The notes beneath the pieces are model-generated. The model had not been told where the DNA came from. It did not search any database and worked only from the letters and a program-made list of their open reading frames with translations. Source: Tubiluchus corallicola (lineage: Eukaryota; Animalia; Priapulida). From it: a stretch of DNA of 64,000 bases. The stretch covers positions 62,001-126,000 of the forward strand of contig JAQGDQ010000036.1 in NCBI GenBank assembly GCA_030141605.1. The letters are read 5' to 3'. A program made the translations under genes and the position numbers. Shown piece after piece: positions 28,329 to 41,200 of this stretch; the stretch's first letter is position 1; each line of letters opens with the position of its first letter.

Positions 28329-29002
28329 TTGTTGGGAGCCGAGTGGACCACTGAGCCAAGTAGACCAATTGTACTGACACCGTCCGTTGTGCTTGTTTAT
28401 GTAATAATAATAATTAAAAACGTTAGTACACGTTGAATAATTTATTATACATCTAATAAAATAAAAGAATTTTATTCTGAGCTGGTAGAACGGACAATAT
28501 TAAATTTAGTTTCGATATTAATGTTGTTGAAGTGAAAAAAAACCACTTTTTTGCGAATTCAACATTTGTTTAAGGTATATCATTTTTGATTTTGTCTCAC
28601 TTCACAAACAGGTGATCCGTTTCACTATCTCTTGGGCAAATAATTGTTTTTTTATAAGTAAATGTTCTAGCGATCTATGTGTCCTACATGGGCTAGCGAG
28701 CCATGTAGGACAGTGACCTACATGTTACAATACTACTGATAATATTAAAACTAATTATCCTTGCTTTTCTTAAATGTTAAAAATTACTGTTTTACCAACA
28801 AGTTTTTTACCAACAAACAAGCACAATTTTTAATAAAATGAAGAAACTTTCACAGAATTTTCAAAAATTTGACAACATTACCGATTCTCGACAAAAATCG
28901 CTAGTGTCCTACTTGGGCTGCCCATGTAGGACACTACTTTTAGCGCATCGGTTTTACCGGAAGTGGTCTACTTGGCTCAGTGGTCAACTCGGCTCCCTAC
29001 AG
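28329..29002. mobile_element. Tc1/mariner/pogo-type MITE (674 bp) with ~39-bp TIRs and TA target duplication
   Basis: Left ta|ttgttgggagccgagtggaccactgagccaagtagacca; right tggtctacttggctcagtggtcaactcggctccctacag|ta. Two internal palindromes at ~28680-28712 and ~28903-28935. No transposase ORF. Confidence 0.85.
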
Positions 29003-30959
29003 TATCACCATAATAGGCTACAATTAATCATGGCCTGAAAACGTATCAAAGGACGTCCAGTCGTCCATTGAGAGTTTACCGTTAAAGAGTGAGACTGGGA
29101 TTAATAGTTTTATAAGTAACTTCCTATACGTCATCAATATTTTATCTCCAGTTTACAACTTATGTAGCATCACCATTTCAAGCAGTTATCAAGAGACGCC
29201 CAGTCGTCCTTTGACAGTCTAATGTTAATGATTGAGATTAATAAGTTTTATAACTCCCTACGCTTCTAAAACGTTTCTATAGTTCAATGTTGCGATAATC
29301 AAAATAAAGTTCTTTATTTCAGTACAAAATTAATAGAGCCAAGTATTTCGTAAGCCTATTTAACATCGAATTACCACAGAGATTTACTGACTGGGTAGAC
29401 TAACATTATGGGTAATCTTCTTAACCACACACTTAGTGCCCTAAAGATTTCTGTTACTGTATATTAAGCGTTTTGTTTTGCACGGAAGTGGTGTTGACAG
29501 GTCACTGGCATTTAGCTTCTAGTTTTTTTGCGATTATTGCTGTGTTTACCTGTCTTGAGGGAAGATTTCTTTTATTTTATAGTTCTGAAATGTACTTGAA
29601 GAAATTAAACATGCCATTTCTATCTATTCTCAAAGAGATTTAAGAAGTATCATTTAAAAATTATCGTTTGTGTGATTTAACTTTCCAAAATTAGCATGGC
29701 CTGACCATATTCCTCATAATGATGTCGACTGTATGTTTATTGATTCTTTACACGATAACCCGCTTTCTCGGTTAGTTCATTTTGATATCGCAAAAACAGT
29801 TGTCTAGAATTAGTCGTAATTAATTGTCCTGAACGCATTACGAATTACTCTGCTTGGCATTGATTTTCAACTAGCAATCATGACACTAGCACTTTTGATG
29901 ATGAATACAATTGACGTCAAGCATATTGGTCTATCACTCTGCCTCCGCTGTGATGTAAGCACGCCCAACGGCATTCGAGACAGCAGCTCACGCTGGATAA
30001 CAACTGTCTTTAGTGGTCACCATGACAACTAATGTCTAATCAGCAGATAAACTGCTTCTTCATATACAGAAATTTGCAGAGCGGCTGTTAGTTTTACGCG
30101 AAATTAACACATCAAGAAGCCAAAAAATTTCCAGACGAATTGCTCATAATCGTGACAGTTGTCACTGATTCTCATGGATGAGTTCAACTCTGCGGCTAAG
30201 CCTCGACTATTGCTGACCAAAGCTGACTAGCTTATTCTCTACAACCTGCACAAGCCTATTTATAGGTTTGCAGTCTGTAATTTTTACTGCAAGTTAACTG
30301 TGAATCATTTGTACATTCAGCTCGATGATTTGAAGTTATAACTTTCTTCTGAACTCTGTTCAGGTCGGCTGTTTGACGTTTGCGATCATCAAAGCAGTGT
30401 CAAAAGATTGGCCTTACCTCGCTAGGTATATTTATCCTTTTTTAAAGTTAGCGAAATAGTTGTTTTAACTTTTCATCTAACTTACAAAGTCAAAAATCAA
30501 AGTAAACTGCATATTTTATTGCTTGCAAAATAGTTAATCAGCAACTTGTAGACATAAGCCTTGTGCATTTCTTCCTATTATGGCAAAACTAGACTATGTT
30601 TTTCCACTAATTCACTTGCAATTTGAATCGACAATAATAAAATCTAGAACCAGGCCAATATTTCTCCCGCTAACTAACGAAAAATTGGGTATTTTTCATA
30701 ACGGTATTATATGACTGGCCATACGCAGCTGTAGCTAAATGTCCTGAAGGCACCAGCGTTAAATAAGCTCTACAGGGGTGTGAAAAATCTTGCGTGCTTG
30801 ACATCAATTGCCAACAACTTGCAAATAGACCCTGGCATGACTTTAATCATTCTAAGTTAACTTCATTAGTAATTTTTTTTGAAAGTATTTGACAGGTAAG
30901 CTCAGTTTGACAATTTTGGCATTATTACATGTTGGACTTATATATTCCCCTTGGCTAAA

Positions 30960-31745
30960 CGACCCCATTATTACTAAAGCAAGAACTCGTAAATGCAAAT
31001 TATTTTCAAAATGGAACTATTCTAATCTTAGCAGTGTTTATGCTGAATATACTCACTCCTCGTGGGAATTGAAATCAGCTTTATATTCTGCTCGCATATG
31101 ATAGGAGGAGCGCTCTTGCAAATCGACTAAGTAAGATGGTAAAGAGTTTTGCCGTTATAGTAAACACTTCCTTAAACCTTCTAATCACATTACTACTATT
31201 AACAATCATCAACATGTTATTTCTGATCCTATCATGGTTGCTAATACTATTAATGATTCTTTTGCTTCTTTTTTCACTAATTAACCTGGTGATGATCCGT
31301 TACCAACTCGCTCGTCTTGGAATAATGATAGTATATTCTTATGTTGAATTTACCGTGAATGATGTCTGTGATAAACTTTCCAAACTTAAACCCTTCAAAG
31401 CTTTTGACTCTGACAATGTTCATGAGCTTATATTGAAATCACGTGCCTCGCAACTTTCACTGCCTCTTTTTCTTCTTTTTGGCATATCCTTGGAGTCTGC
31501 TATAGTGCCTCAGAAGTGGTTAGATTGTAGTGTTACCCCTATCCCAAAAAAATACTACCAACTTTACATGTAGTGATTCACGCCTTATTTCTCCATCTTC
31601 TGTTGTTTCTAAATGTCTTGAATCTCTTTTGTGGGATGATATACTAAATTTCCTGCTATTTTCTGGCCAATTCCTTAATAATCAACATGGCTTATTACCA
31701 CAATGTTCCACCATAACAAATCTTCTTGAATGCTTGAATGCCTAA
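30960..31745 (+). mobile_element. CR1/L2-like LINE ORF2 fragment (N-terminal part of RT), frameshifted
   Basis: KLSKLKPFKAFDSDNVH..LK...LSLPL..LF..SL....VPQKW....VTPIPKK, then RLIS..SVVSKCLES..QHG..STITNLLE in ORFs 31136-31573 and 31530-31745. Confidence 0.85.
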
Positions 31746-32207
31746 ATAACTGACCTAGTGTGGCCTATACAGTACAGTATTATGGAAGGCACCTGGCTTC
31801 AGACGCTGATTGGCTGGTTAGCGTTACTTTTTGTTATGCAACCATAATCCTATGACTGTTAAACTTTTCTACAATGTTTTTGCATGACCATAGCAGCGAA
31901 ATAAACAGACTTGGGTAATTGCGCTTAGTGCTGAGCTCGGGTGGTACTCTGCCGCTTTTCGTCCTTTACACGGAAAACATAGGCGTCAGTGTGCCTCCTT
32001 CCATAGTGAAAGGATTAATAAACATAATATATAGCATTTTAAGTTTAATTATTGGCCATCTGGAATGTCCTGAAGACATTTAACGTACCAGAAGAATATT
32101 GGTCATGAGTCATCATACTCTTAATGTAATGTAGAAATATTTTCTTTTTTCAGGTCAGAAAACATTACGTTGTTCGAGTGTAAAGTTCGTGTTTTAAGCT
32201 GACCAAA

Positions 32208-35200
32208 ATGGATGTCAAAAATATTCATAAACGCAACACTTATGCCTATCACACTGTACCCTCAGATGTTTCAGAAACTGAAAATCTTATTCCTGAATCA
32301 GAAATTTCTACTAATGACAGTCAAGGTGATTCTACCATTCATGAACTACAGGTTTTTGCATCAGCTGTCAAGCATGAGTTAGAACATGATATTGATGCAG
32401 TGAAACGTAAACTAAAAACTGTAGGAGAGTTTGTAGCCTTAAAAAGAGAGATAGGAATTTTTAGTGCCATGGCTTATGTTATAGGCAGTATAGTTGGAGC
32501 AGGAATATTTATATCTCCTAAAGGTGTTGTCATTCATACTGGTTCAACAGGATTGTCTTTGATTGTCTGGTTTATTTGTGGCTTAGTGTCACTTCTTTGT
32601 GGAGGATTGTATGTAGAATTAGCCAGTCTTATTCCAAAGTCTGGTGGTGCTTATATATACTTCTATGAAATCTATGGAGAATTATTGGGTTTTTGGTACA
32701 TATGGATAGTATGCATAATTATATCACCAGCAAGCCATGCCATAGGATCCCTAACTGCAGCAACATACATATTGCAGCTGTTTTATGGTAATTGTGCACC
32801 AGATATTCTGATTGAGCGGCTTGTTGCTGTTATGATAATAAGTAAGTATAATTTCTCTAAATTTTAATAGAGAATTAAATAAACTGTCTTTTCAATCAGT
32901 TATGAAGTAAATCAATTACTTTATTATCTAAACTCATTATTATTGTAATTTATAATATCTACTTCAGTCTTTCAGCGTTTATATCCTACAACAGTTCCAC
33001 CCATCATTGTCATGTCTATTTCATTCAGTATATTTCGTACAATTTCAACATCCTCGCAGTCAAAAGAGTGGCGTTGAGGGCTTTTCCTTATCAACAGTTT
33101 CTTCACTGTGCTTTCTGTACCTCTTGCCTTCTTTGTACTAGAGTATTACAGATGTGACTGGCAATAATTGAGAAATATGCAAATCCACGTTCATTGTCTG
33201 ATTGCCTAAAGACTTTTAGAACTTTTGAAGTTTTACTTTCGTGATTGCGATCATGCAATTAAATCCTGAACAAGTACAGCATGTGTAAAAACACTGCCGC
33301 AGATGAAACGTATGATTCACGCATTTCACAAGAAAGACAAAAAGCTTACAATTATTGTTAATCTTACTCATACATTGAGCATTTGCTTGCTAATTGATCT
33401 GGTCGATTTCCAGTTGGTATCTCACCTATACAACTAAACAACACGTACGCCTTTTTTTTGAAACTAGTGCTGAATGAAATGTCATTGGATTATCATTATA
33501 ATAAGACTAGCTAATTTGCTGCATTGATGCTTATTGTTTTTGTAATGCACTAGATATTGTTGAAATAAAATATATACACTAAATTTGTAGTGTTTTCTGC
33601 TTTGTTTATTTTATGAGCAAACTTATTAATGCTTAAAGTGGAAAATGCAGAGTCATGGTCAATTGACTGAGTTCATGTTAAATTTAGTAATTTATATTGT
33701 GTGTTTATATTTACACAAAAAATATGTGAGAGAGTTAGGAAAATAGCGAATCATTAAAAACAAAAATAAAAAAATCATCTACAGATTTTGTTTGTGCCCA
33801 AGTGTCCCCTGTGCTCAAATATCTCGTGCCCAAATGTCACATGCAAATGACCGTGCCCAAATGCCACATACCCATAGAAGCTGTGATAATGGCGAGATTG
33901 TTTTGTTTAAGTCAAACTTGCTATTGTTGGGAATATCTAATGAAGGATGTATTCTAATTAGCTAACCTGCTTAGGCTCAGTCAGGTGATTAGAAGTTCTT
34001 ATTTGACATGCTGTTTATAATATGTATTTAGAGACTTTGTAATTGTTAAGCTTTTTGCCAGGAGAAAATGAGTGAGCAAATAACAGTACTTAAGCTTGTG
34101 CTCACATATTATTGTAAAGATGAAATCCAGAAGAATTTCTTGAATCATTAGTTACAGTGGCACATGCCTAATGGTAGCTCAGGAATTGGAAGCCCTAGTC
34201 AGTAGACCAAATTAGGACTTAATTGTAGCAAAAAAGAAAGGTGTAACTCAAAACCACACTTTTGATTGTTAATTAATTCAGAACCAAGCTGAGCCTAACT
34301 AGTTCTAAATTAGGAAAACCTTTATAGGCGTGCAAACATCCATTTTAGCATAAATGTAAAAATAATTATTCAGCAATGCTTCACAAATTGATTGACTCAC
34401 TTGCTAATATTATCTTCTGAAGGCTTCTAAAATGCAGTTTATAATTTACTTACCCATTATTAAATGAGTAAGAAAGCCTAATGTAATGTCATTGTGCTGG
34501 TATGCAGGTCTGCAAATACTCCAGGGCTTCCGAAATAACTTGTAGTCTAATGCATCAAGATACAAGTTGATATTGTTTATTTTGTTAAGAAACAATTTAA
34601 AAACCAATTACCAAATTTGACCAATTTAAATATTCAGAATTCAGCTTTTTGTACTATCAGTATTGGCTTAAAATGTGTGTCAAATGCAGGACCTGGCTTA
34701 CAGCACTCTCCTTGACCCCTAGCTGTTATGCACAGGGATCCCTATAACTCTTAAGTCTGTTGCTGGTTAATTATATGGTAAATAATACCTAAATGAAACC
34801 GTGTGTCTACACATTTCTGGACTATGTTCCTTTCATTAACTTGTTATGCTTTATAGGTGTTTTAACATATATCAATTACACTGGTGTGAAATGGGGTGCA
34901 GTATTTCAGATTTCAACTACATGTGGAAAACTGTTTGCACTTGTATTGATTGTGATTACTGGAATAATATACCTTGCAAAAGGTAAAGTGCTAACTTTGT
35001 TTTTATGACTTAAAAACAGTGTAATTCAAATTCCAGTTTAAAAACTCTATTTATGTACACATGTTTTTCTTTTACAAAATGTAAATGTTATTCTATAACC
35101 AATCCACAATTAATATTCCTGAAATTTTGTTACGTGTATATGAAAAGGAACTCAGACAATTAACTTAATGACACTATAATGCGACCATATCACCTTATCC

Positions 35201-38200
35201 TGTATAGGTTAGAGGGGCTTTGAACACGAGGGGTTTTCGACACTTGCCATTTTGACACAAACATTTTGGACGCAGACAATTTTTTACACATTGGTTATTT
35301 GGACAAGCCACTTGGACATACAGGTCATTTGGACACATAGGACATTTGGATACAAGGTAATTTCAACACAGGACATTTGGACACACATGACATGTGGACA
35401 CAAGGTAATTTTGACACATAGAACATTTCGATACATGATATGTGGACACAAGGTAATCTTGACACATCTGGACACGTTATTTAAACACGCAAGCTGTTTA
35501 GACACTTGGGGCTTTTAACACAAAAGACCTTTGGACACTAGGTGTTTTTCATACATGATGCTTAGAAATGTAGATAATTTGGATATGTTTAGACACTGTA
35601 GGTACCATTTCGATTCAATAGGGTCATTATCATTCAGCAACGTTAGTTATTTAGTTATACCCTGTTCTCGGAGACGGGTGAATTTAAGCTGCTTTTTTGC
35701 AACACTCAAAGTTTCTAATGTAGATCTCATATTGCACATAAATTATATTTCTTGTTGCTGCTGACAGCTAGTAACAATAATCAGAGATGCTGTTAGTAAT
35801 GCCAATGACTAACACAATTATATTGGTATTTTGAATGAGGGGTGGATGCTCAGTGACCGTTAGTCTTTCTCTACCTTGTCTCTCTTTTTAACTAGTTATA
35901 ATTACTAATACTTTGTTACATGTTTGTAGTGTGAGACAAATAAATAGAAATTGAGAATTGAAAACTAATTCACTTCTAATAACTTAAAAAGTTTAAAGAG
36001 CACCGAAATGACAATAGTCTATGACTGGTGCAGGTTTAAAAGATTTACATGCTATAGTTTGCCATACTGGAAAAATTAAAAATACGCAGGGAAAAAATCA
36101 CACTCAACTGCCAGATGCTAATAATCATTATATATTTGCTTTCAGGTAATACAGAAAACTTTCAAAATTTTATGGAGGGCTCCAAAACCAACCCTGGTGA
36201 TTTGGCATTAGCATTTTACAGTTGTATGTGGGCATACTCTGGATGGTGAGGTTCAGTACTGTTTTTTTTTTGTTTATATACATGTTTAATAGTTTGTAAT
36301 GTGTATTTTGCCTAAACCCATCTTGATACATTTAATTTGGCTTACTAAATTGATGTGGGAACCAGAGTACAAGGTTGCAACAGTGGCAAATACCATATAT
36401 TTGTGTTTATTGTTTTAATGCTGTGATGCTGTACATAATGAACACTGTTATTCTAATTATATAGTTGTTGTGCTTACTTGTACTGTAGATTTCCTTCTTC
36501 TGGATTGTAAGAGTGTTTTATCAGAAATCAGATGTTATTTCCACACATGTTGTGGCGATATCATTGATTTGCTTACGTTGATATTCTGATAATTTTTACT
36601 ATCTCGAAAATACTACATATAGACTGAGCTTGTCTCAGGCCTTCATAATGGGCTGTGCCTAATTTTTGTTAATGCATCATCTACTTTTTTGTTGATGAAG
36701 TTGCTTAATTACTAATGATATTTTACAATAATTAACAAAGTCTAGAAAATGCCATATTCACTTATTTAAGTTCATGATCTCTGACTTCTACAATTTGCAT
36801 CCTGCTGAAATTCATTTTTTTACTTGTAAGAATGTATGAGCCAGTGTGCAAAGAAAAAATGTAGTTGTGATTAAACAAATAAAGATGATCATGAGAAATA
36901 CCAAGGAAAAGTCCTGACTGAAAGCAAATAATTGCAATTTGTAGTATGGTATATTGAGGCAATGTCGGACATATTTAGATTTCTTCAATGACTTACCTTG
37001 TATTGTCACTAGTATTTTATATACAGGCTTAGCAGATACATTAATGGATTTGTCTGCTTTCTGGGAATGCAAAGAAATAGTTTCGCTCAATTCAATGTAA
37101 TTCTATTCGTATTACTTGTGTAGCCAAAATCATGGCAGTGGTGGGCCAATTGAAGGTAATGTCAGCCACCTGGTAGGGTAAAAGCTGCAGTTTTCGATAT
37201 ATTCTAAGCACTTTGCATATATTTTTCTCATCTTATTATTAGAGAAATCTTATCATTGCACAAAATACGTAGAACTACTCTTAGTCTAAACATTATTCAT
37301 TGATTTATCGCGAAATGTTTAAGTTGAAATACTGTTTTTTCTCATTTGCAGACATGTTTTCTTTTCAAACAAACTTCAAACATAAAAACAAAATTTTAGT
37401 GGCAAAACATAATATAGTCATCTTCAAACTATTCTGACAAAATTCACGCATCAAAAGAACATCTTTAAGCTTTACTGACTGTTGGGAGCTAGTAGATTTT
37501 TATGGTGATGATGAAACTTTTTACATTTCTATCATCCACAAATCAGACTAACTTGTTTCATTTTCTTTTATTTTCAATAGAGCTGTTATGCAACAAAATA
37601 CTGTGGGCAGTTTCCACAGTGTATACTGTGTCCTGCAATTTCCAGCGGCCAGTAAAGCGTTTAAACCTGCAAAATGAACGACACAGGTGTAATTAATCTG
37701 CTTGAAAAACCAGTAAGTCTAAAGCTTGATGTTACATTTTACGTGGGTCTGCTTAGGCATTATGGTTTTTCATGTTAACCAAGACAATTATTGGTTTTAT
37801 GTGCATAGCATGAAACAGAAGACAGGGTTATGATTAATCTTACTATTTTACTGACTTTTTAGCTTGTTTAGAAAATCAAACATTACATCACAACAAACTA
37901 CAAGTAACAGTTTAAAAAGCAAAGCCCCCTCTCTCTTTTTTGTTCTTTCTTTTTCTGCTCTCCTTTGTTATCTACAGTGCTTCTGTTTAACGCATGTAGT
38001 TAAAATGACTTGTTTGAGCATTATTTAACTGCACTTTACAAAAGATTTATTACATATTCTGTGAATTTTACTTTCTATGAATGACGGTTCTGGGAAAAAT
38101 TTCTGTTCTTACAAGTACATTTTCTGGTAAAAAAGTTTCCTGTGAATTCTTCTGTTAGGGCAAAAGATTTTTTATGGCAAAAAGCTTTTCTGGGAAATGA

Positions 38201-41200
38201 ACCTCAGGCAAAAAATCTGATTTGGCTAATGTCGGCCACTGCACATTTACTGGCCGACAATACCCGGACGAGTCGGGTAATGTCAACCAGTACTGAAACA
38301 CACCAATACACAGGTATACTGTATGAAGTATTGCAGTACGTCTATTAAATTTCATTGAAACCCATCTAATCGTTGTTTGAAATAGTCTTTAACATCCTCA
38401 GTATAGATGATTATTCATTATAGTACATGTAGTTACTAAAAATATTATAAAACACTAAGGCAACTATGAAATCTTGTAGTAAATCACCTAACTATTCTGG
38501 AGATTTGTTGCTGATGCAGATGACAGACAACTAGAACAAGAGAACCACATCTAGCTGAACAAAGCTAGCTCTGCTGATTGGCTACTGCGTGCTATAAAAA
38601 GTCAGACTAGGTCACGCGACATGTTTACAATCCATAGGAAGTGGCCGGCTAACATTAGCCGATGGCTGACATTACCTCAATATATCTATCTATAGATTTC
38701 AGTCTAACTGTAGGTTAGTAACTGATTATCATATATAAAGTTTTCTGTTTTAGGGAAACATTGGCAATAATTCTTGAAGAAGTACAAAATCCTGAAAGGT
38801 TAGTTTATTTGCTCAGAATAAATTTTTTACCTTTGATTTTGCTTTGTATGTTAATTGTAATCCTGCTTACTTATTATTGTATTATGTATTATTTTTCCAT
38901 GGTGCATTAGCCGTGTAGAACACTGAGTAAAAAATTACTAATGATCATTTTGAGTGAAAGGGGAATAGGGTATTTCAAGGTTAAGGCACACCCCTAGTTT
39001 TAGTGATTAAATAAGCTTTTCAAAACTTCAAGACCAGTTTAGTAGACTTAGATGAAAATCCCGAAAAGGTGCTGCTATAAAGTTCTAGGAACATTTGTTT
39101 CTAAAAGAGGACAACATAGCCAGTCTTATCAGTTTTACTATGCTGAATACATAAAAACTGTTGTCTTTCAAAAATTAGCAGTAAAGGGTCAAAAATATAA
39201 AAAAATCAAAATGGCTGCCAAGTTTTTATACAAAGTATTTGAGTGAAAAGAAATTTCCCAGAAAACTAATAAAAAAGGCAATTATAACTTATTCAAGGGT
39301 ACTTGGACCCCACTCAATCCATTTCTCTTACTTTCATTTTAAAAATGATCCTAAACAGATCCGTCTTCTGAAATAACGTGATTTGGATTTCGTTTTGCCG
39401 TTTTCTTGAGCCTAATTTTTCAATTTCTGCTAAAACAAGTAATAATTATGTTGTAACTTTGATGAATATTAGAATGTGGAATAGTTTTGTCATGTAAAAC
39501 TTGTGCCCCTCTGCCAGAAGAAGGAAGTACGTCTGTCAGTGCACGAAAATTTTCCAGCCCTGGAGACAGGATGATGATTTGAGTATCAAAATATAGGTTT
39601 TAAAGTTCAAAGATTTGGGGTAGTATCATTATTATTGATACTGATCTGTAACTATATCAACAATATCACGTATGAAACTACACATTCAGTGTAGGGCCTG
39701 ACGAAGAAACCAATAATAAGAAACAAACAGTTTAAGTCAGAATTTGTAGATAATGGTATATAGATAACTCGATAACATTACCTCTAAAATATCACACTTA
39801 CAATTATCATGTTTACAGAGAGCTGAGCAAACAAAACTTGCTTTGACACTTACATTTACCAAAGCACCCCTGTGGCAGCAACATTTAATAAGTTGTCGAC
39901 ATATTTCACGTTTTTATGTCTAATGTAGATCCTAGGCCACGCCGTTGACCTGTTCCAGCCCCAGTTAAATGATGATGGTAAAATTGGGTGTGATGGAAGC
40001 TTGCCCATCTTGCCTGATATACCACACTCCTGGCGTGCTCCAATAGGATTCGCCTCCATTGACCGTCCTTTTCTTGTAACAAGTGCTTTGTCATAGTGCT
40101 AGCTGGTGACAGGATTACACTAAAAAACATGCTAACACAATCATAAGTTCAGGGTTTCTTAGAGATATAAATGCTTATGTTGCTGCATCAAATACTTGCC
40201 ATATTTTTTCTCTCTCTCTGTAAATGCTGAAGTTGATCACAGCTAGTTTTGGCATGGAATGCTGGCTGACTTGATACGTTTTCAGTGTCGATGGTATTCA
40301 CAATTTCATGTGGCCTGAGATATGGCCTTTATAAGCTAGTAACGGCTATATTGTGTGCTATGTTGGATGCTTCCTTAAACATAGAGCTTCATAACCTGTA
40401 TATAGGTACTAAAATTATCATCATATTTGCCATGGAACATGCAATCTGCTGCACCCATCTTGACAGCCATGCTGAAATTCTAATTGATGTAATGTATTAA
40501 CTGTTTTTAAGCATCAAATATAGATTCCTTGACTTTAAAAAAACTATATTTCAACACCAAAATTGTCATCTTTTCTGCTGTAGCAGCTAAAATATGGTTT
40601 TTAAAAACCAGCAACAATCATCTTGAAAATGGCAGCCATATTAGATGATTTTTGTTGGCCTAATGTCCATAATTACTCACCTTTATGTATTATAGCATTG
40701 TGCATAAGTTTTAGAAAAAAGGAACAAGTGTTTCACCATTCTCCTAGGCTGGTATCTAGCATCCTTTTTATTTTTTGCTTATTGGACTCTTAAAACTGCT
40801 TTGTATCCTTTTTGAGGTCTACGGGCAGCTTTTTACATTCAGCAATGTCAACTGATAAAAATAATTTGCTTTTTGTTTTATAATGAAGCTTTAAATGAAA
40901 CAGTTAATATAATTGCATTATCAGCATAGTTTGATTTTGTCTGGTGGCTATTTATGAAATGAAAGTAACACGAATGGACTGTTTAGGTCAAACTGCCCTG
41001 GAATAGATGTCATGATCGCCCGCCTCTTAATATTAATTTACTGGCAATTTCTTTTCATTTATATTGCTTGTGCAAAAACTTGAAGGCAATTTGTTTTTTG
41101 TTTTGCATTTTTGACTCTGTTTCTCTCATTTTCCAAGCTGCCAACAGTTTCTTTGGATTCAGCATAGTCAAATTGATAAGACTGGCTATGTTGCTTACTT

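Noticed and set aside
35215-35590. Regularly spaced short repeats resembling a CRISPR array
   Set aside because: Repeats are degenerate with no unique spacers, there are no cas genes, and the context is a eukaryotic intron. It is a minisatellite or TE sub-terminal array.
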